From: Bacillota bacterium
GTDB taxonomy: Bacteria > Bacillota > Sulfobacillia > UBA8153
Assembly: GCA_040756655.1 (NCBI GenBank)
Contig: JBFLYN010000002.1
Span: forward strand, 72,634-136,633
Length of the DNA: 64,000 bases
Reading direction: 5' to 3'
The translations under genes were made by a program, and so were the position numbers. Below, in pieces: positions 58,187-64,000 of the stretch. Position 1 is the first letter of the stretch. Each line of letters starts with the position of its first letter. The notes beneath the pieces were generated by a model. The model was not told the DNA's origin, made no database searches, and was given only the letters and a program-made list of their open reading frames with translations.

Positions 58187-59231
58187 GGTCACCCTCCCCA
58201 TCGTGGGTGGTAAAAGGGATGCATATGGTCACCCGGGTTCCCTGCCCCGGAGCTGACTGGATATCCAGACCATACTCCTGGCCAAACTGGTGCTGGAGAC
58301 GCCTGTGCACGTTGCTCACTCCCAGCCCGGTAGTATGCCCTTGTCCGGAACCGGCATCGCTCATGGACCGGATGGTGGATAGACGGGCCGGGGGGATGCC
58401 TACCCCATCGTCGGTGATGGTAACGTATACCTCTGCTTCGCTCAGCCGGGCATCGATCACGATAAGCCCCCGATCGCGGGACTCAAAACCGTGGATGATC
58501 GCGTTTTCGACCAGCGGCTGGAGCGTGAGCAGAGGGATCTTAGTCCTGAGCACTTCGGCGGGTACGTCGAGCCTGGTACTCACGCGTTTGCCGAACCTGG
58601 CCTCCTGGATGGTCAGGTAATCCTGGACGTGGTGAAGCTCATCTTCTAGGCTGACCATTTCGCCGATGCGCCGGAGGGAATACCGGAGGAGCCTGGCCAG
58701 AGCGTGGACCAGCCCTTGGGTGGCCATGGCACCGTCGAGCATGGCCTGGGCGGCGATGGTGGTAAGGGTGTTGAAGAGGAAGTGGGGGTTGATCTGGGAC
58801 TGCAATGCTCTAAGTTCCATTACCCTCAAGGCCTCTTCTAGTTCAGCGTTGATCTTCAGTTCCTCGATGAGGCGGGCCTGCACTTCCCCACTGTACTGCC
58901 TCCACCAAGTGGCGGTGGCCCGGGCGGTCACAAAGTCGGCCGCCACCCGCACCCGCAGGGCGCTAGAGCCGACGTGGTCTTCACGGGGACAGCAGGAAAC
59001 GTAAGCCAAGGTCACTCCTTCCACCGACACCGGCGCAGCCGTCACCGGCACCTCGAGGCACTCTTCGCCCTTCCCTTTCACGAGGACGTGCTGGTGGGGG
59101 TCGCGCAGGCAAAGGCAGCAACCGGCCAAAGGGCCAAGTTCGCCGAAGGCCTTCTCGATCGTATCCAGATCTACCAGGCTCCTCAGGTCTACCGTCTTTT
59201 CTACCAAAGGATGTGTCACCTCACCGGGCAT
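58164..59231 (-). CDS. Soluble (no TM) YesM/LytS-type histidine kinase (His_kinase PF06580 plus HATPase) with an N-terminal cytoplasmic sensor domain
   Basis: QINPHFLFNTL is the H-box of the LytS/YesM class. The ATPase domain is ...LVENAIIHGF...DDGVGI...GLGVSNV. The N-terminal ~140 aa have Cys pairs (CCLC, SCC) and no hydrophobic segments. Confidence 0.75.
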   Translation of the reverse strand: MPGEVTHPLVEKTVDLRSLVDLDTIEKAFGELGPLAGCCLCLRDPHQHVLVKGKGEECLEVPVTAAPVSVEGVTLAYVSCCPREDHVGSSALRVRVAADFVTARATATWWRQYSGEVQARLIEELKINAELEEALRVMELRALQSQINPHFLFNTLTTIAAQAMLDGAMATQGLVHALARLLRYSLRRIGEMVSLEDELHHVQDYLTIQEARFGKRVSTRLDVPAEVLRTKIPLLTLQPLVENAIIHGFESRDRGLIVIDARLSEAEVYVTITDDGVGIPPARLSTIRSMSDAGSGQGHTTGLGVSNVHRRLQHQFGQEYGLDIQSAPGQGTRVTICIPFTTHDGEGDHEKSAAR

Positions 59232-60333
59232 AAAGCTCCAGGTTTGAGCGGGGCACCATCACCAGCTCTCCACTATCCAACCGGACCGCGGCCACCTGTA
59301 CTTGGGAGCCTGTCTCCAGGGTCACCCTCTGTAACGGGAGGTCCACAACGGTACCGATAGCCCCAAAATGGCGGGGGCTGATGATGCGGACGGGGGTACC
59401 CACGAAAACCGTCGCAGGTCCCGGCAGCGGGGGGGCATGGTCCTGGGCAAGGTCCAGGGGGATCACTGCCTCGGGCCTAACTACCCCGGCCCGGACCTGG
59501 GTGGCTCCACTCACTGCCGCCTGCCGGCCGTCCAGCTCCTGGACCAGGCGGTAGGTGCGCTGGCTCATGGGGATGGCTCCAAAACCCTCAGTCAGAACGG
59601 TTATCAAGGTGGTATCTTCGTGTCCCGTCACACCGGTGCCGATGACGCGGCCGGCTATGCGATCTAAGTCGCGCTTGTGCAACCCCCCGGTGATCACTGC
59701 CACTGCTCCCACTTCGCGCACCCGGGTCAGGGCTTCGTAATCGTCCCACACGCCCCCGACCAGTATCTTCCCTGAGTGCTGCGGGCCAATGTCCCGGCTC
59801 CGTATGGGGGCCGTGCGTTCGCCTACCAGGCAAAGCTCGCCCCAGCCTTCCCCACCGACGCCGAAGATCCCCTGGACCAGGGCAGCCCCAAGGCGGATAG
59901 AAACTAATTCACCCGGTATTACCCGGACCACCTCCCCCGGGACATAGGCCCTCAGCGCCACCGGCAAGCTCCTGATGGTCACCCTACCGGTGGCTGGAAA
60001 GAGGCGCTCCAGGGTACCGGCCATGGGCGCCCGGCATTCCCGGTTGAAAAGGCCCAGGGTCGAACGGTACCGGGCTATGACTTCACCGGCCAAGACCCGG
60101 TCCCCTACCTTCCGGAGCAAGGCGTCCGGAACCAGCACCGATGGGATCTCCAGTATCCTGGCCACATCCACAGTCTCCAGGTAGCCCCGGGGGTTGAGCA
60201 GGGCAACCACGGTATCGTGCTGGACTCGCTGGCCCGGGTATACGCAGATCTCGCCTGAGGAGGGCAGGCGCCGTTGTTTGATCAGATTTCGCCCGGGGCT
60301 GATCTCCAGTCCCGGCAGGTGGATTTCACCCAT
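59221..60333 (-). CDS. Uncharacterised partner protein B1 (paralog of 49288..50661), translationally coupled to MutL-like B2
   Basis: 370 aa. Shares EGFGAIPMSQRTYRLV...ATQVRAGVVRPEAVIPL and the N-terminal RRLP...G motif with A1. The ATG lies 2 nt after the upstream TAG. Confidence 0.5.
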   Translation of the reverse strand: MGEIHLPGLEISPGRNLIKQRRLPSSGEICVYPGQRVQHDTVVALLNPRGYLETVDVARILEIPSVLVPDALLRKVGDRVLAGEVIARYRSTLGLFNRECRAPMAGTLERLFPATGRVTIRSLPVALRAYVPGEVVRVIPGELVSIRLGAALVQGIFGVGGEGWGELCLVGERTAPIRSRDIGPQHSGKILVGGVWDDYEALTRVREVGAVAVITGGLHKRDLDRIAGRVIGTGVTGHEDTTLITVLTEGFGAIPMSQRTYRLVQELDGRQAAVSGATQVRAGVVRPEAVIPLDLAQDHAPPLPGPATVFVGTPVRIISPRHFGAIGTVVDLPLQRVTLETGSQVQVAAVRLDSGELVMVPRSNLELYAR

Positions 60334-60335
60334 GC

Positions 60336-62153
60336 CTACACCTCACTGGGCATGTCGAGTTCTGTGGCCCCCATGGCCTTCATCCATTCCCATACCGCCC
60401 GGCGCCGCTCGAGCTCCTGGCCTGGAAAACGGATGGGGCGGCCGCGTGCATCCAGTATGACGCCCACGCAGCCGCCCCAGACTTCGGCCTCCACCGTAAC
60501 CCCACGGCCACCGCCCAGGTCCAGGCCGGGACCGGGAGTTGCCGTGATGACGGCCTTTTCCCCGGCTCCCAGGGGTACCCGCAAGATGGTGCCGGGCATA
60601 GCAGCCACCAGGCACGGCGCCCGACCAGGATACTCCAGCTTCGCGGTCACGGCGGGGTGGTCCGGGCGCATGCGACCGGACCCGGCCGGGGCAATGCAGG
60701 GACCCAGTGGTACCAGGCAGTCGTGATATAGAAGATCCCGGGCAGCCCTCGGGTGCAAGTGCTCAAGAAGCCCGATGTGAGGCATCATGAAGATGCTGTC
60801 CACGAAAAGCTGGGTAATCCCGCCCGGCTGGATGGCGTCCAGGAGCATCAAGGCAGCTTGTTCCCGCCGAGGAGCGTGTGATAGCACCCCGCCCGAACCG
60901 ACTATCATGTCAATGTGCATAGGGTCAACCAGGGGCCGGCCGCTGGGGGTCTGGTCGAACACATCTCCCATCGTCCTCTGCTGTTTGACCCCCTTGAGAC
61001 TGGTAGTGAGTTCACAGTGCTGCTGGAATGAAAGGCGTATGGTCTCACGGGCCACAGCCTGCTCAAGCAGGAGTTCGTGCCAAGTCTCAGGCACGGTCAC
61101 CGGCCGTACCATCTTGTTGGCGATGGCATCTTCGAAGGCCATCTGGTTAACGGCAAAGGGCAGCCACCGGTTTACCGCCGCAAATCCTGCCTCGGCCAGC
61201 ACATTGGTAATGCTGTAAGACATGCCCAGGTTGGCGCTGACGGTGCGGTACAGGTTGCCCTCGAGGACCGAGAACACGTCGGTGGTCGCGCCACCCACGT
61301 CGACGCCCAATACGCTACACCCGTGATCTTGGGCCAGGATCTGCATGACCCTCCCCACGGCCGCCGGCGTGGGCATGACCCGCTTCCCCACCCAGCTGGC
61401 CAAGCGGGCGTAGTTGGGGGCGTGAGCCATGACATGGTTCAGGAAGATCTCTTGGATCTTTTGACTGGCCGGAAGTACGTTTTCCTGTTCCATGCTGGGC
61501 CTGAGGTTATCAACAGCTGTCAGGTCGGAGAACTTGCCCAAGACATCGGATATGTAGGTACGTGCATCGCGGTTGCCGGCAAAGACCACCGGCATCTTGA
61601 CCTGGTCGCCAAAGCGGGGGCTGGCCCCGGCCAGAAAGAGCAATTCACCCATGCGAACTACGTGGGAGATGTTCCCGCCATCCACGCCGCCGGAAAGCAA
61701 GATGATGTCTGGACGCATGCGGCGGATCCGGTCCACTCGCTCATGGACCTGGCGACCATCGTCGATGGCCAAAACCTCGGTGACCACGGCACCGGCACCT
61801 AAGGCCGCACGCTGCGCGCTCTTAGCCGTGAGGTCCTTCATCACGCCGGCCACCATCATCTGCAGCCCGCCTCCGGCGCTGGAGGTGGCCAGGGCCAGGT
61901 CCACACCGGAATGGGCATCTGCGGGCACCACCAGGCCGTCGTCGCCCAGGAGCCTGCGACCGGTGCTATCCTGCAAAAGCTGGACCGCCGCCCGTATGCC
62001 GACGGTCACATCTTCAAACGGGGCCTCCACGGTGGTGGGCGCATCGGCCCGGTCCACCAGCCGATAGCCACCGTCCCGCTTGGCCACGAGAATGGCCTTG
62101 GTGGTGGTACTGCCGCAGTCTATGGCCAGGATCAGGTTGATGTCGGCCGACAC
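60336..62153 (-). CDS. MutL/GlmL-family protein B2 (ASKHA-fold, hydantoinase-A-like), 605 aa
   Basis: ILAIDCGSTTTKAIL, LGVDVGGATTDVFSV and IVGSGGVLSHAPRREQAALMLLD are present. It is collinear with A2 over its full length. Confidence 0.7.
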   Translation of the reverse strand: MSADINLILAIDCGSTTTKAILVAKRDGGYRLVDRADAPTTVEAPFEDVTVGIRAAVQLLQDSTGRRLLGDDGLVVPADAHSGVDLALATSSAGGGLQMMVAGVMKDLTAKSAQRAALGAGAVVTEVLAIDDGRQVHERVDRIRRMRPDIILLSGGVDGGNISHVVRMGELLFLAGASPRFGDQVKMPVVFAGNRDARTYISDVLGKFSDLTAVDNLRPSMEQENVLPASQKIQEIFLNHVMAHAPNYARLASWVGKRVMPTPAAVGRVMQILAQDHGCSVLGVDVGGATTDVFSVLEGNLYRTVSANLGMSYSITNVLAEAGFAAVNRWLPFAVNQMAFEDAIANKMVRPVTVPETWHELLLEQAVARETIRLSFQQHCELTTSLKGVKQQRTMGDVFDQTPSGRPLVDPMHIDMIVGSGGVLSHAPRREQAALMLLDAIQPGGITQLFVDSIFMMPHIGLLEHLHPRAARDLLYHDCLVPLGPCIAPAGSGRMRPDHPAVTAKLEYPGRAPCLVAAMPGTILRVPLGAGEKAVITATPGPGLDLGGGRGVTVEAEVWGGCVGVILDARGRPIRFPGQELERRRAVWEWMKAMGATELDMPSEV

Positions 62154-62252
62154 AAACCCACCTCCCGGCAGCTGGTACTGAATATTTCATCACCCGAAGG
62201 TAGAGCACCTTTTGGACTTTAGTGCCAGATATTGGACGATCTTGCTGGAGGG

Positions 62253-63482
62253 TCAAAGGAGGCTCTTCTCGACTTCCCCGTTTTTCAGCACCAGCTTGAT
62301 ATTGGACGCCTCCTGCAGGCACGTTACATCCACCAGGGGGTCACCGTCCACGACGATCAGGTCGGCATACTTGCCGGGTTCCAGAGTGCCCAGCCTATCC
62401 CCCAGCTGGATGGCATCCGCCGCCACCCGGGTGGCGGCCTGGATGGCCTCCAAGGGCGAAAAGCCAAGACCCACCAGGAGCTCGAGCTCAAGGGCATTGC
62501 TTCCGTGAGGCACTTGTGGTCCACCGGCAAAGTCCGTGCCCACAATCACGCGCACCCCGGCCTTCTTGGCCTTCATGATGTTGGCATGGTGAGTGTCCAG
62601 TATCTGCCTGGCCTTGACCACGGCCCAGGCAGGGGTGGACGCTGCAAACTCGGGCAGGAGCATGCGATGAAGAATGGACAGGGTGGGCACCAGGAAGGCG
62701 CCTTTCATCAAGAACAGCTCAATGCTCTCGTCGTCCATGAGGGTACCATGTTCGATGGTCCTGATCCCGGCCTTTAGGGCCGTGTTCACACCTGCTGCCG
62801 CATGGGCGTGGGCAGCCACGTGAGTGCCCACCCGCTCTGCCTCTTCAACTATGGCCAAAAGTTCCCCGGTGCTAAACTCGGCGTGCTTGGGGGTGTCTGC
62901 CGCGGACCCCAGGACTCCCCCGGTGGCCATGACCTTGAGGAAATCTGCGCCCTCTCTGAGCTGCTCCCGGGCGGCTTTCCGGCAGTCATCTTCACCGTCA
63001 CAGATGCGGGAGAGAAATCCCAGCTGGCGGGACTGCTCCAGGGGCAGGGTGCGCAGGTCGCCGTGTCCCCCGGTCTGGCTCAGGGACAGGGCGGCCGAGA
63101 GGATGCGTGGCCCCCGGATCTCCCCCTCAAGGATGACCCTCTTGATGAGATGGCCCATGCCGCCCGCATCCCGGACAGTGGTGAAGCCGGCGTTGATGAG
63201 GGATGCACAGTCGGCCACCACCCTGGCGGCCCGCACGGCCACCGGATCGTGGGCCCACTGGGCAAGGTTGAGAGAGCGCGTGCCGATGAGGTGCACGTGA
63301 GCATCGATGAGCCCAGGCATTACCGTCCTGTCGCCGGCATCGATCACTCGGTATCCGGGAGGAGGCGGGGTCTCTCTGGGCCCTACATGAGAGATGATAC
63401 CACCGTCTATGAGTACTACACCCGCCAACGGTTCGCTGCCGGTTCCATCCAAGATCCTGCCCAGCACTGCCAGTCCAGCCAT
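62253..63482 (-). CDS. Metal-dependent amidohydrolase (Amidohydro_1 superfamily), first gene of the 11-gene operon
   Basis: 409 aa. PGLIDAHVHL (HxH metal ligands), ...KVMATGGV... and ...HAHAAAG... are typical of imidazolonepropionase/Xaa-Pro-type amidohydrolases. Confidence 0.75.
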   Translation of the reverse strand: MAGLAVLGRILDGTGSEPLAGVVLIDGGIISHVGPRETPPPPGYRVIDAGDRTVMPGLIDAHVHLIGTRSLNLAQWAHDPVAVRAARVVADCASLINAGFTTVRDAGGMGHLIKRVILEGEIRGPRILSAALSLSQTGGHGDLRTLPLEQSRQLGFLSRICDGEDDCRKAAREQLREGADFLKVMATGGVLGSAADTPKHAEFSTGELLAIVEEAERVGTHVAAHAHAAAGVNTALKAGIRTIEHGTLMDDESIELFLMKGAFLVPTLSILHRMLLPEFAASTPAWAVVKARQILDTHHANIMKAKKAGVRVIVGTDFAGGPQVPHGSNALELELLVGLGFSPLEAIQAATRVAADAIQLGDRLGTLEPGKYADLIVVDGDPLVDVTCLQEASNIKLVLKNGEVEKSLL

Positions 63483-63651
63483 GAGGACACCTCCTGAAAG
63501 ACAAGCCGCGGCCTGTCCGTGTAGTTTCTCTCATTGTACCAGATGAGAACGGTCCTGGCTCACCTTGAGCCAAACCAAGCACGGAGATGGCCAGTACGCG
63601 TCGTAACCCCGCTCTGGCCGGGACTACACTGCCAGGTGCCCGTGCCCGTGA

Positions 63652-64000
<349 letters not shown>

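Overview
High-GC (~63-66%) chromosomal segment from a Firmicutes/Clostridia-type genome. That call rests on the Bacillus-type pur operon order, a crt-hbd-thiolase butyrate module, fhs, and AGGAGG-type ribosome-binding sites (RBS). Almost every gene is on the minus strand, and the ORFs listed on the opposite strand are largely high-GC artefacts. Reading from the left, the window holds a near-complete de novo purine operon fronted by a purine permease, then guaA-hpt, then a long molybdenum-cofactor (Moco) biosynthesis string with an embedded D-aminoacylase. After that comes a decayed accessory patch (20-23.7 kb). It carries a DUF2877/carbamate-kinase remnant, fragments of three insertion-sequence (IS) families, 23-bp tandem repeats, a frameshifted ABC ATPase and a GntR regulator with a nested-palindrome operator. 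The middle of the window has housekeeping and accessory genes: an M24 peptidase, an ADP-ribosylglycohydrolase, a dicarboxylate/amino-acid:cation symporter (DAACS), crt-hbd-thl and an intact fhs. It also has a clearly pseudogenised NAD-type formate dehydrogenase operon, with fdhA almost entirely deleted, fdhB frameshifted and carrying an in-frame TAG, and fdhD and nuoE retained. Further right are an extracytoplasmic-function (ECF) sigma/anti-sigma pair with an ABC-2 exporter, and a btuFCD-type cobalamin uptake operon behind a textbook cobalamin riboswitch. The most interesting region is a ~14-kb, 11-gene minus-strand operon (49.3-63.5 kb). In it, two paralogous modules (a ~600-aa MutL/GlmL-family ASKHA ATPase translationally coupled to an uncharacterised ~370-460-aa partner) bracket a cytoplasmic YesM/LytS-type histidine kinase, a CheY-AraC response regulator and two MacB/FtsX-type ABC transporter pairs. 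A metal-dependent amidohydrolase leads the operon. I do not recognise this arrangement as a described system. No rRNA, tRNA or CRISPR array was found. Pseudogenes and gene fragments are unusually frequent (8 or more in 64 kb). This means either real genome decay or uncorrected indel errors.
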